Assembly: GCA_963693365.1 (NCBI GenBank)
Contig: CAVNZM010000009.1
Span: 7,793,408 to 7,857,407, forward strand
Reading direction: 5' to 3'
From: Amoebidium appalachense
Lineage: Eukaryota; Protista; Ichthyosporea
DNA: 64,000 nt
Both the position numbers and the translations under genes were made by a program. Shown piece by piece: positions 27,435 to 39,576 of this stretch (within the stretch, counting starts at the first letter, position 1; every line of letters starts with the position of its first letter). Under the pieces are notes generated by a model. That model did no database searches, was not told the DNA's origin, and saw only the letters and a program-made list of their open reading frames with translations.

Positions 27435-28869
27435 CCACACACACCCGACATACACACACACACAACCACCCTCCCCTCCCCTCCCGTCCCCCTCAACCCC
27501 TCAAAAATTAAAAATGTTGAACAACAAAAATACCGGCTTTCCCCCCTCACCCCTAAAATCCACCCTACAAGTAGCTTAGTTCCGCTTCCATAATTTCCCT
27601 ATACCCCCACCCCCTCTCCCCCCTCCCCCGTCCCCCCCCCCCCCCCCACACACACACACACACACACTCACCCATCCACCCACCTCCCCTTTCCAAACCC
27701 GCAAAACACATCTCCCCTCCTCCTATCGCTAACAATGTATGAAGAAAAAAACATATAAAAAGTGGAAACATAACCCCCTTGTCCCCTCCCTTCCCCCATG
27801 CCTCCCTGCTCACAAAACACACACAACTCGCTCCATCTCTCGGTGTGTGAACGGTATAGGAATCGTCATCTTCACTGCCACATACACTACGGTGTGTATG
27901 CACTGATTTGGGTGAAAAACATTTTCCATTTGGACTTACACCAAAGTTCTCCCCCCCCCCCCCCCACCCACCCAACCCCCGCTCTTTCCGCACGCATACA
28001 CACATCCATTCCCCTCCTCCCCCCTCCCTTTTCGCCCCTCCTGCTCCCCCCCCCCCCCCCCCCCAAAAAAAAAAAAAAAAAAAAAAAAAACACACACACA
28101 CAGACACAGACACCCACCCACCTCACACACCAGGAAGCACATTGCAGCTCCAAACATTATCAGCCTCACCACCACCACACACACACGGACGGATTTCCCT
28201 CTCGAGCTCCCCCGTTACTGTTTATTGAACCCAGCCCCCCTAAGACTTTTGTGGATAACCCTTAGCCCTTTGTGAACGTCTCCCTCCTATTTCCGGTAGT
28301 AAGCACACACCAACAACGGGTATGTGCATGGCTTTGCCGTCACTTCAACCCATAAATCATACACAGGTCGAAGACATTGGAAGTTGCAATGAAATCACCG
28401 AGTCTGGGTAATAGAAGGGGGAGCAATCATTTTCTTTATCTACATCAAAGTTTTTTTTTGTGGGGGGAGGGGGGAGAATGTCAGTTTTGATTTGGAGAGA
28501 AGGCAGGGGAAGGAGGGTGGGAGCCCGGGAAGGGAGGGGGGCTTTCGTCAACAATTATCAGGCGATCATGTGAACAGGTTCTGAGTGCAAATCGAAGTCA
28601 AACTTCATTACCACCCTTCTGCAAATCTAAAATTGCAGTATGCAAGTGTGTGGGTGATCGCCCAACTGACGAAGATAGCATTCTGCAGGTGTGGAAAAAT
28701 GATAGCTGTGACTTTGATTGTGGGTTCGGATCACGGCTGCCGCAAAATTTCATATCTTAGTTTTCTATTTTCAGTAACACCATACATTATATATCACATG
28801 GCCCTTGCCCGGATAGAATGCATAAGCACGTATGTGGACACAGCAAACAAAGACACACACGCACACACA

Positions 28870-28906
<37 letters not shown>

Positions 28907-29055
28907 GGACTGTCGGACACGCACACACACTTGGTCGTATGCTCAAGCACGTGGGCTCATAGATCAACCCCTCAAGTTCGATAGAATGTCTACCCCCTTT
29001 CGCTCAAGGCTTAAATCAGAAAGGAATGATTCTTTTTTTTTTTTTTTTTTTTTCC

Positions 29056-29104
<49 letters not shown>

Positions 29105-29264
29105 GGGGGCGGGGATGGGGGGAGGGGAGGGGAGGGTGGGGAAGCAGGGAGAAAAGACAACAGAGATACGGAATACTTTCTTGCTTCCTCCTTGATGCAA
29201 CGGAAGTGGATCCGGAGGTCGTGTTGCATGTGGATGAATAATTTTTTTTTCGTCCGTGTGTGTG

Positions 29265-29350
<86 letters not shown>

Positions 29351-29811
29351 TGTGTGTGTAAGTGCGTGCTCTCGCGTGTGTGTGTGTAAGTGCGTGCTCA
29401 CGTGTGTTGATCGGTTCACTGCATGTGTGCCCATGCATATCTGTGCATGTGTGTATGTGTGTGTTCTCATGTGCTTGTATGCCGCGCTGTCATGTGTGTC
29501 CGTGTGTGCATATCTGGGTGTGTGCATGTGTTTGTGTGCTTGTGTTTTCGCATAACGTTTATGTGCCAAACGTTGTGTGCATGTGTGTCTGTGTGGTGAT
29601 TGTGCGGTAATTTTGACATTGCCTGGCTCTGAATTCGAAAAAAACACAAGCCAGCCCATCTTCAAGCTTGTGTCCTCTGAGGCTGCGAACTTCGCCAAGC
29701 GTGAAAATTGGAAATGTGTCAATAAGAGACCATCGGAAAAGAGCCACAACGACTTGCTTACTTCAGCCGTAGGGGGAGTGTGTGTGTGTGTGCAGCATGG
29801 GTCTGTATTTT

Positions 29812-29870
<59 letters not shown>

Positions 29871-29928
29871 CTGTATATTTTTTTGTGCGTGTGTGTGTGT
29901 GTGCGTGTGTGCGTGTGTGTGTGCGTGC

Positions 29929-29982
<54 letters not shown>

Positions 29983-29987
29983 GTGCG

Positions 29988-30073
<86 letters not shown>

Positions 30074-30350
30074 GTGTATGTGTGCATCAGGGGCATTCAG
30101 TGTGGTTCTCAGTGCCTGTGTGGCTGTGGATAATTGACAATGCTTCAGACGCCACCGTGAGAGCAGAACCCGGAATCGTGAATATCCGGCACGGAAAAAA
30201 ATTTGAGGGGGGAAAAGGTGGGGGGGGGGGGGGGGGGGGGGGGAAGGGAGAGGGGAGGGGGCTGCTACGAGAGGCCTAGTGATTCAAGTAGGTGGGAAGG
30301 ACAGAGGCTGGGGGTTGGTGGTGGTGGTGGTGGTGGTGGTGGTGGTGGTC

Positions 30351-30460
<110 letters not shown>

Positions 30461-31069
30461 TGTTAGGGGGAGGGAGGGGGGGGGGGGGGGAAGAGTATTG
30501 CAGGGGGATTGTTGTTTAGAGTTGAAATACTGAAGTAGAAAGGGGTGTGGACACACACAAGTACCACAGCACACATATTACAATAGAAAGGAGAAAACGG
30601 GGACTTGGGAGATGCATGTGTGTAGGCAGGTAGATGTGAGTGAATGGGTGGGTAAGACGGGAAAGCCCGGGGAGGGGAGGACAGCAGGGGGGGATCAGGA
30701 GAGAGCGGTGGGGAGGAAGGGAAGGGGGGGGGGGGGGGGGGGGGGGAGGAGGGTATGTTCACTTGAATGATGATGGCTGTACAATGGCAATAACCATGAT
30801 TTATTATGTTTTCTTTTTTTTCATCTTACAAACTTTGATGTGGGAAAAATTCTAACAGCCCAACTCTAATATGTACACACAGCCTCACATTATAAGACTA
30901 ACCTAGGTCCCAAGGCCCATTATTTGGATTATGCAAAAATTTCTACAATGCTAAGCTACAGCAAATCCAGGCACCAAATAATCACCAACACAGGCAGTGT
31001 TATCGGGAAAACTTGCACAAGTACCTAGACTAATTAATCGTTAACTAGCACAACAAAGTGTGTAACAAG

Positions 31070-32728
31070 TTAGTGACCACCGGGGAGCTCCTTTGTGATG
31101 GCAGTCACGCCATAGCGCAGCTTTGAGTTCCACGTACCGTACAGGAAATAGAACACTAACCCAGCAGCCAGCCACCCAAGGAACCGGTATGCAGTCTCTT
31201 TGCCCGTAGAAGACATCAACCAAAGGCACAAACCAATCGAAATAAACGGCACAATAGGCAGCTCATACTTAACACCGTTGCGAGTAATCGGGATATTCCC
31301 CCAGCACTTGAACAGGCGCGGTGCCTGCGGCTGAGTGAAACGAAGAATGAGAACACCAATGGAAACGAGCACGAATGCAAAAAGTGTTCCGATTGACGAC
31401 ATGTCCGCGAGCACGTCGATAGGGAGGGTAGCGCCAGCGATAGCGCAGAAAACGCCGGTGAAGATAGTAGTGACGTAGGGGGTCTTGAAGCGCGGGTGCA
31501 ACTGGGCGGCGAAACCAGGGAGAAGACCATCCTTGGCCATAGAGTAGAAAATACGGGGCTGACCCATGAGAGTAACAAGAAGCACGGAGGTGAGACCGGT
31601 AAGAGCGGCCAGCGTAACCACAATGGAAAGCCACTTCCCGCCAATGGATTCAGCAACGAAGGAAATTGGGGATGCGACGCTCTTGTATTGGTAGTAGGGC
31701 ACGACACCAACGAGAACCAACGCCATCAGAATGTAGAGGACGGTGCATACAGCCAGGGAGCCCAACACACCGATTGGGAGGTCGCGCTGGGGTACCTTGG
31801 CCTCCTGCGCCATACACGTGACGCAGTCAAACCCGATATAGGCGAAGAAAACTACCACCGCAGCACGCATCACACCTTGGAAGCCGTACGTGTCACCGCC
31901 CTGGTTGGGTGGAATGAAGGGGGTGTAGTTGTCTGGGTCCACCTTTGTGAAGCCCATGATGATAACAAGAAGAATCACGGCCATCTTGATTACCACAATG
32001 ACGTGGTTGACCCACGCAGACTCCTTGATACCCACCACAAGAATAATCGTCACAAGTGTCACGATCGCCGCGGCCGGAAGGTCAATGTAGTTACCTGTAA
32101 CAACAAACTCGCTTGTGCCGGAATCCCATGCGATAGGTGACCCACACCACTTGGGGTCCAGGGTCACACCGACCTTAGCGAAGAAAGAGCGGAAATACGC
32201 AGACCAGCCCACCGCGACAGCGGCTGAACCAATCATGTACTCGAGAAGAAGGTCCCAGCCAATAATCCATGCGATGAACTCACCCATAGTTGCATATGTG
32301 AACGTGTAGGCACTTCCGGCGATGGGAATCATGGTGGCAATTTCAGTGTAGCAGAGTCCAGCAAACGCCGATGCAATCCCAGCAATGATGAAAGACAAAA
32401 CGACAGCGGGGCCAGCGTAGTTGCCTGCCGCCACGCCCGCAAGCACGAAGATGCCCGTTCCGATGATAGCACCCACACCCAACGCCATCAGGTCAAAACC
32501 ATTGAGGCAGCGCTTCATACCACTGTCCCCTTCACCCTCCGCACAAAGACCTTCGAACGATTTGCACTGCCACATCTGCCACCAAACCCGCTCGGCGCCT
32601 GCGCGTTGTTGGCCGCTGTAATCGTCGGATGGTGCCCCATTTTGCCGGTCCACGTCTGTCACCTGTCCATTGTTGAACACGGAGGAGGCCCCGTCCCACT
32701 TCTTGACCCCGACGTCGCTAGTCGCCAT
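31070..32728 (-). CDS. APC-superfamily amino acid permease (cationic amino acid transporter / YfnA-BcaP-like), intronless, 552 aa
   Basis: Uninterrupted ORF with ATG at 32728 in an accATGg context. Motifs GVGAIIGTGIFVL, AGPAVVLSF, CYTEIATMIPIAGSAY, GWDLLLEY, FFAYIGFD, GQPRIFYSMAKDGLLP, HPRFKTP, SIGTLFAF and the C-terminal RFLGWL..GL.FYFLYG..NSKL. About 12-13 hydrophobic segments. Confidence 0.96.
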   Translation of the reverse strand: MATSDVGVKKWDGASSVFNNGQVTDVDRQNGAPSDDYSGQQRAGAERVWWQMWQCKSFEGLCAEGEGDSGMKRCLNGFDLMALGVGAIIGTGIFVLAGVAAGNYAGPAVVLSFIIAGIASAFAGLCYTEIATMIPIAGSAYTFTYATMGEFIAWIIGWDLLLEYMIGSAAVAVGWSAYFRSFFAKVGVTLDPKWCGSPIAWDSGTSEFVVTGNYIDLPAAAIVTLVTIILVVGIKESAWVNHVIVVIKMAVILLVIIMGFTKVDPDNYTPFIPPNQGGDTYGFQGVMRAAVVVFFAYIGFDCVTCMAQEAKVPQRDLPIGVLGSLAVCTVLYILMALVLVGVVPYYQYKSVASPISFVAESIGGKWLSIVVTLAALTGLTSVLLVTLMGQPRIFYSMAKDGLLPGFAAQLHPRFKTPYVTTIFTGVFCAIAGATLPIDVLADMSSIGTLFAFVLVSIGVLILRFTQPQAPRLFKCWGNIPITRNGVKYELPIVPFISIGLCLWLMSSTGKETAYRFLGWLAAGLVFYFLYGTWNSKLRYGVTAITKELPGGH

Positions 32729-32830
32729 GGTTGGTAGCGTGAGAGGTCCAACTGAAGTTCTGTTCTGTGCCAATCTGTAGGCGATGGTTTGTCGTTCGCC
32801 GGAATAATCTCCTGCGTGCTTAGCAGCGGC

Positions 32831-32938
32831 TTTTATAGTTTTACAGAAGAGGCAAGGAGAGCGGCGGCGAAAACAACTGCATGACTATAACCCAATAACA
32901 GATTGGTATGGCACCATTGGCACAGTTCAGATGATTGG
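32831..32938 (-). promoter_or_regulatory. Putative Pol II promoter of the permease: TATAAAA plus three CCAAT boxes
   Basis: Minus-strand TATAAAA at 32837-32831, ~100 bp upstream of the ATG. ATTGG on the plus strand at ~32902, 32916 and 32934, i.e. 65-100 bp further upstream. Confidence 0.6.
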
Positions 32939-33889
32939 CAGACGAGGAATTCAAAAGTGAGCATCGATGATCAACGGTACGTGCGGATCGTGCCCTCTTG
33001 ACAGGGCTCTTGTCCCAAGCAGAACTCTCGTCCACGACAATGCCTCTATATGTGCACCCATAGTCGAACTGTTACATAATGCATTGCGAACAAGGGATAC
33101 ATGAGGGTTGGTGCTGTTTTGAATAAGGGAAGTAAGTGCGACAGCCTCGCTGTACCCGATTGAACGGCCGCGGTACACTGGAGATTCAGCCTCACTGCAG
33201 CCTGGAGGCACCCATTTTTTCTTTGGAAAGAATCCGTGTATGTCTTATCGAACAAGCTTCTCTGATGCAGTTTATCTTATATTTTCTTATTACACATTTA
33301 TGAACAGCTCAGTTTAGAGTAATATAGCCCTTCTCATAAAGAAACTGTGAAAGTTGACGTTACTTTGAAACCGTTGCAAATTCACTCACATACCAGAGAG
33401 CACCGCGTGAACCTATGATTGGTCGTCAAGTGCTCATGGCATGCCTCACAAATATGCGGCTTCCTGAGAAAAGCCTGAGAGGCTGAGGGCCGGCTGAGGC
33501 TATTTGAGTGCATGACTGATGAAGCGCCTCCTTTTCTCTGGCAGCATATATATTACTACAGGCATCGTGTAATCTGCAATAATATATAGGCCTATGCTCA
33601 AAAAACAATTTCATATGACCAGCCAAGAAAATTTGAGTAGCTCACTGTGGTCTGTGGGTCCTAACGCTCGAGAGCTCCGTGGCGCAAGTTCGCAACGCAA
33701 GTTTCATTTCAACTTGATCGCTGAAGCAACGGTGCGAGGCTAATTACCTATTGGCCTAGAATGCATCACGATCTTACAAATAAAAAGCCACAAAAAGGTT
33801 ATTCAAGTACGTGATGCTTTCAAGCGAACGTGATGCGTCGGCATGGGCCTGCATGTTATTAGAGGTGGACGAAACTTTCCCATTAGCGT

Positions 33890-33923
33890 ACACACACGTC
33901 ACACACACACACACGCACGCACG

Positions 33924-33987
<64 letters not shown>

Positions 33988-34003
33988 GTGACACACACAC
34001 TGT

Positions 34004-34051
<48 letters not shown>

Positions 34052-34222
34052 CGCACACGCACACACATACACCCGTACGCACGTGTCACATACGCACACA
34101 CACACACACTCACACACACGCACACAAGAACACACACTCACGCACGCCCGCACGAACGCATGCACGCCTGTACGCACGCACACACGCATACTACTCACAA
34201 CACGTACACACCGTGATACACA

Positions 34223-34258
<36 letters not shown>

Positions 34259-34558
34259 CACACGCACACACACCCGCACAAACACAAACACGCACACATG
34301 CATACACACGCACACACACACACACACATGTACATACATACACATGTATGTATGTGCATGCGCATGCACACATCCCCGTACACAAACACACGCACACACC
34401 CACATCGCTTTTCTCCTCCTTCTTCCTCTCTCTCCCTCCCTTTCCCTCCTTCTCCTCTCTCTCTCTCTAGCTTTCTCTCTCTCTCTCTCTCTCTCTCTCC
34501 CCCCCCCCCCCCCCCCCCTCTCTCTCTCTCCCCCTCCCTTCCCCCTCTCTCTCTCTCC

Positions 34559-34617
<59 letters not shown>

Positions 34618-34836
34618 CCCTCCCCCCCTCCTCTCTCTCGGCTAGATCTCTCCCTTTCTCGTCGGACCTCACTCTCCCTTGCTCTCTTCCTGACTCCCTC
34701 TCGCTCTCTCTCCCTCCCTCCCTCCCTCCAACCCTCCCCCCTCCTTTCCCCCCCCCCTCTCTCTTTCTCTCTCTCTCCCTCTCTATTTCTCTCTCTCTCT
34801 CTCTCTCTATCTCTATCTCTCCTTTCCTTCTCGCTC

Positions 34837-34913
<77 letters not shown>

Positions 34914-34914
34914 C

Positions 34915-35002
<88 letters not shown>

Positions 35003-35052
35003 ACACACACACCGCTACACACACACACACCCTCACACACACACACATAGGT

Positions 35053-35087
<35 letters not shown>

Positions 35088-35257
35088 CACACACGCGCGC
35101 GCTCACACACCCACAAACACGCCCGCACAACCACCCACACACATCTCTCTCTCTCTCTCCCCTCCCCTCTAGACTCTCCCACCGCCCATTTCTCAGTCTC
35201 TCACAGGCAGTCACCCCGCCCCCGCCCCTCTTTCCCTCTCTCCCTCCCTCCCTCCCT

Positions 35258-35352
<95 letters not shown>

Positions 35353-35364
35353 CCCCCCCCCCCC

Positions 35365-35410
<46 letters not shown>

Positions 35411-35424
35411 CACACACACACACA

Positions 35425-35459
<35 letters not shown>

Positions 35460-35597
35460 CCCCCCCCTCTCCTATCTCTCTCTCTCCCCCTCCCCCCCCC
35501 CTCCCTCCCTCCCCCTCTCTCTCCCCCACAACCCAACCCCCCCCCCCCTGCACCCTGTTTTCACTCTCCTTAACCCCCTCCCCCCCCCCCCCCCCTC
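33890..35597. repeat. 1.7-kb compound microsatellite block ((CA)n, (CACG)n, (CT)n, poly-C, (TA)n)
   Basis: Directly visible. It is the source of the spurious 576-aa ORF. Confidence 0.95.
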
Positions 35598-36361
35598 TGC
35601 GGAGGAAGATGGATGTGCTCTGCTTTTTTAGTTATCTCAGATGTGCGCACTCTCAAAAATCTGCAATGGAATATCAGTGTAATATCCGTCGTGAAATTGT
35701 AACTTCCCATTCCCTCCCCCCCATCTCAACCTCTCCCATTCCCTCAGCTCCTTCCCAGGGCGTCTTTCCCCTTGTATGCTTTACTATTATTGAAGCCGGT
35801 GTTGCAAACCACCATAAATAACCAGTGATCCATGATGCCTCAAGCTTGACTCAATTGAACTGTCAGTCAATTGATGATGAGTCATTCTACTCACAGATAA
35901 CTCATGTAGGGGATTGTACTGCATGTTTCTGAGCTACACTAGTTGTTGCAGAACACAATGCTACCATTACACATAGTTAGGCTGCCCTGAAGGAGGTTTT
36001 ATAGCAAGCCACCATGTCATCGGGTGTGCTAGAATTTATTCAGTATTATAATCGCTGCTGCGATCAACATCGTAATCTCATATGCTGGAACTTACTGGGG
36101 GCACTAGCCTAACTTTCCAGCCCCGATTACACTGTTACAGTAGCTACATGATATGCAGTTGATAAATACATATGATTCAGAGCGGGTGTTGTTTTCGCAT
36201 AATCAGAGGCCGGTTCAGGGGAGAAATGGACTGTATTGAAGATGTGCACAGTGTCTTGCGAGCATGGTGCGCTTAAGGAGACACGGACGGTGATGTTGAT
36301 TTCAACAGTGCTCCTGTGTGTGTTTGTGCCAGTGTGTGGCAGCGCCTGCCATTTTTTGTGG

Positions 36362-36408
<47 letters not shown>

Positions 36409-36559
36409 GGGGAATGCCGGGGTGACAGGGGCATGTGGGGTGGGGATTGGGCGTCGGGGGTTTGGGGGGGAGGGGGGGGGGGGGGGGAGGGGAGTCGAGG
36501 GGAAGCCGGGGAACGTAGAGAAACAAGTTCACTCGATGGGAAACGGAAAGGAATTTGTG

Positions 36560-36622
<63 letters not shown>

Positions 36623-37283
36623 ATGTGTGTGTGTGTGTGTGTGTGCATGTGTGTGTGTATGTGCGTCTGTGCATGTGCATGTGTGTGTGCGTGTGCATGT
36701 GCGTTCGTGCGTGTGTGTGTGCGTGTGCGTGCACGCGCGTGCGCGTGTTTTGTGTGTATGTGTGTATGTGTTTGTGCGCACGCAAACACGGACGGGGAAT
36801 GGGGGGGGGAGGGGGAGAGGTTCGAGGGGTAGGTGCACGTATTACCAGCTCTATTGCAAAAATCACTTATACTGCATATGCCCCATAGGGGTTAGCTCGT
36901 CCATTACGGGGGTGTGTAACATGCACAAATCATCACTCAGGCAAAGCTTTGTGGTGACATAAAAATACAAGTTCAAATGGATAAATTCCTGAGAATACTA
37001 AGAACCAAGAAGCGTCCAACGCAAATCCTGAGGATATGTTGTCATACATAAAAGGCGGTATACGGCTACAACAGAGACAGGGTCCATCCTCGGTAGGGTT
37101 TCTACACTGCCTTAACTAATGATACCAAGCCAACTTTTTCCAATATATTACAAGCTGAATACAAAGCCGGCACCCACGCATCAACTTCGCACCGTCAGTC
37201 ATTCATAAATGAGCAGGCACTGACTCTGGTTCTGACACTTACCACAACTACAGAATTGTTTTCGTTTCCCACTTCCCTCATAC

Positions 37284-37331
<48 letters not shown>

Positions 37332-37409
37332 TTCTTCCCCCTCCTGCCCCCAGGAATATCAGCCATCAACCAGCAACCCTACCGTATTAATTACAGCTCC
37401 ATCACAATC

Positions 37410-38051
37410 TCACCCATGATCATCATCAGGTTCAGAATCGCTCCCGGATTCCGGTTCGGCCCCACCCTCAGCCTCCAGAAAGGCATGAGCACGTTGCCGT
37501 ACCACCCTCCTCGCCTGTGCGTTGGTGATGAAGTGACGCAGCTGCAGCAATTCCAGCTGATTTTGGGGGAAACTACAACTCCTCAGCCCCTGCTGTATAG
37601 TCTCTAGCGCGTTTGTGATAAGGCCACATTTCTCTTCTGCAAGAGCCTTACGCATGTATGCACGATGGAAAGAGGCGTCCAGCTCGATAGATTTCTCGGC
37701 ATAGTAGATGGCTAGCTGGCAGCAGTTGCGGTGTATGTAGACGGCTGAGATGTTTGAATACACCCTTGGGTCCTGAATGGTTGAACCTGGTTATCACCAA
37801 CCTTAAACCCATATGGTGCATCTCAAGTTTTTAGGAGTCATCTTCTGGAGAAGCAAACTTTAAGGGCTTAACACATGTGAAGAAATTGCGCTGAAGTGTG
37901 TAACCGAAAGAAAAATTATACTACAAAGCAACATGCCCATGAGTGACGTGTTGGCTCGAGCACTATTCAGCTTATCGCTACATGACAACTTAAAAAGGTC
38001 AAACCTGACCAAAAATCAGCTAATTTTAGTTGTTAAACCAGAAGAATACGA

Positions 38052-38146
<95 letters not shown>

Positions 38147-38752
38147 GGTGTGTGTGTGTGTGTGTTGTAGTGTTTCTGTGAAGGGTGAGGCGGGGGGGGG
38201 GGGGGGGTAGGTTGAAGTGGGGTAGGGGAAGCTGCATGGAAGGGGGAGGGCCGGGAGAGTAGAGTGAATCGGGCAAAGGGGGAGGGGGGGGGGGGGGGGG
38301 GGTATTGCCACTTGCATTAGGCATGTTTGGAAAGGCTTCGGTCTGTTTCGTTCAAGCAACCGTCAAAGGAAACACACATCGAATAAACCCCCCCCCGGGA
38401 GGGGGAAGGGTGGTGAAGTTTAGGAAACAGTGGCTAGGAGAAGAATATTTATGCACTAGAGGGTAGAAAAGACGAGCATATCTCATAACAGGGAACCCGG
38501 TCCAGGCTAGACGAGATGGAGTGACAGTTCCATTCAGAAGCATGAATGCTGAGAACGTTTACATTTTCTTGGGTGATGGTATACCTTGTCATTTAGGGCA
38601 ACCGCCTCCATGTAGCACAACATAGCCTGTTCATAGTCCCTATTTCCATACGCAGAGTTACCCTTCTGCCTCCACTCAGACGCATCCTTTTCTCGCTGCT
38701 TTTGTGCTATCGCTTCCTGCTCCTCCGGGGAAACCCACATGGGGTTACCCAT
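37410..38752 (-). CDS. Tetratricopeptide-repeat (TPR) protein; core exons 38752-38585 and 37772-37410
   Basis: ASEWRQKGNSAYGNRDYEQAMLCYMEAVALNDK joins in phase 0 (GTATAC...TTCAG) to DPRVYSNISAVY..AIYYAEKSIELDASFHRAYMRKALA..ALETIQQGL, giving three co-chaperone-type TPR repeats. Additional 5' exons (up to ~39489) and a 3' exon (36313-36127) are possible. Confidence 0.82.
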
Positions 38753-39576
38753 TTTTCATGCAAAAGACAATCAAGGCCAAAGCAGGTAAACGTAATATTG
38801 CAAAGAAAAAATAAGGCCAAATTGAGCGCTAGGTCTAAAGTAGAGATTCTTTTAGATAATGTTGTGCCGGATTTCCCAATGGAACGATCACAGTTTCACA
38901 AGTTCGTACGAGTATAAAATTGAGAGTATTGTCTCCGTTCAAGCAGCACAAGGCAATAAACTCGCTTATCAACCACAACTGTGGCTTCACAGGTAGAAGA
39001 GTTTCCAAACAGGCCTGCTCCAGTGCTTCGGCTAACATAAGCTACAATACGTGTACAAACGTACTGTGCCTTCCTCAAGAGCCTTTTTTCCAGTCTATCA
39101 TAGAACCGAAAAATCATGAGCCACACAACACGAACATAGGTTTTGCGAACCGCCTACACGACAAATAAATGATATGTTTTGATTCGTAAACTAGAGTTTA
39201 AACTGTTTAAAATGTTGAATGATGCGCTAATCCCGAATCAAAACGCTTTAATATCATGCAAGTCTGTCACCTTATTTTATGACGGTCAGTCCCCCCCCCC
39301 TCCCCCCCCCCCCCCCCCCCCCCCCCCTTCATCCCCCTGTCAGCACACCTGCATCACATGTTCCTCCTCGCTCAGCTTCATACATATGATTGCTACAATA
39401 ATAACAAATTTTAAGCAAGAAGGATTGACGTAGGCTAGGCCCATCTCACATTGATCTAACCTGCTGGGTAACTTGCTGGGTACTGCCATCTTCGTCGCTC
39501 ATCACTTCGCTTCCCTGGCCCCACTCATCAGTTGGAAGCACCATCATATATTTGGTGCATTTCACCCACGTGGAAC

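Larger units (their letters stand above)
11520..28800 (+). repeat. Tandem array of 3-4 highly diverged, decayed gene-like units, each carrying one or two copies of a GGCTGTGATTGTGGGA-centred module
   Basis: Motif copies at ~12223, 13127, 15383, 16410, 22071, 26875 and 28705. Other shared blocks: CC(G/A)CTGT..CTG..ATT..CTCCT at 11559/14749/26224; GCAACCAG.AAATGG..TGCATA.ATGGAAAAA.TCAACAAAGAGCCGG at ~14891/26371; AGGCACAAGCAA at 13477/20512. All copies are on the same strand and in the same order. Confidence 0.7.

Noticed and set aside
33670-33760. tRNA-like start GCTCCGTGGCGCAA (A-box-like)
   Set aside because: No B-box or T-arm at the right distance and no acceptor-stem complement.
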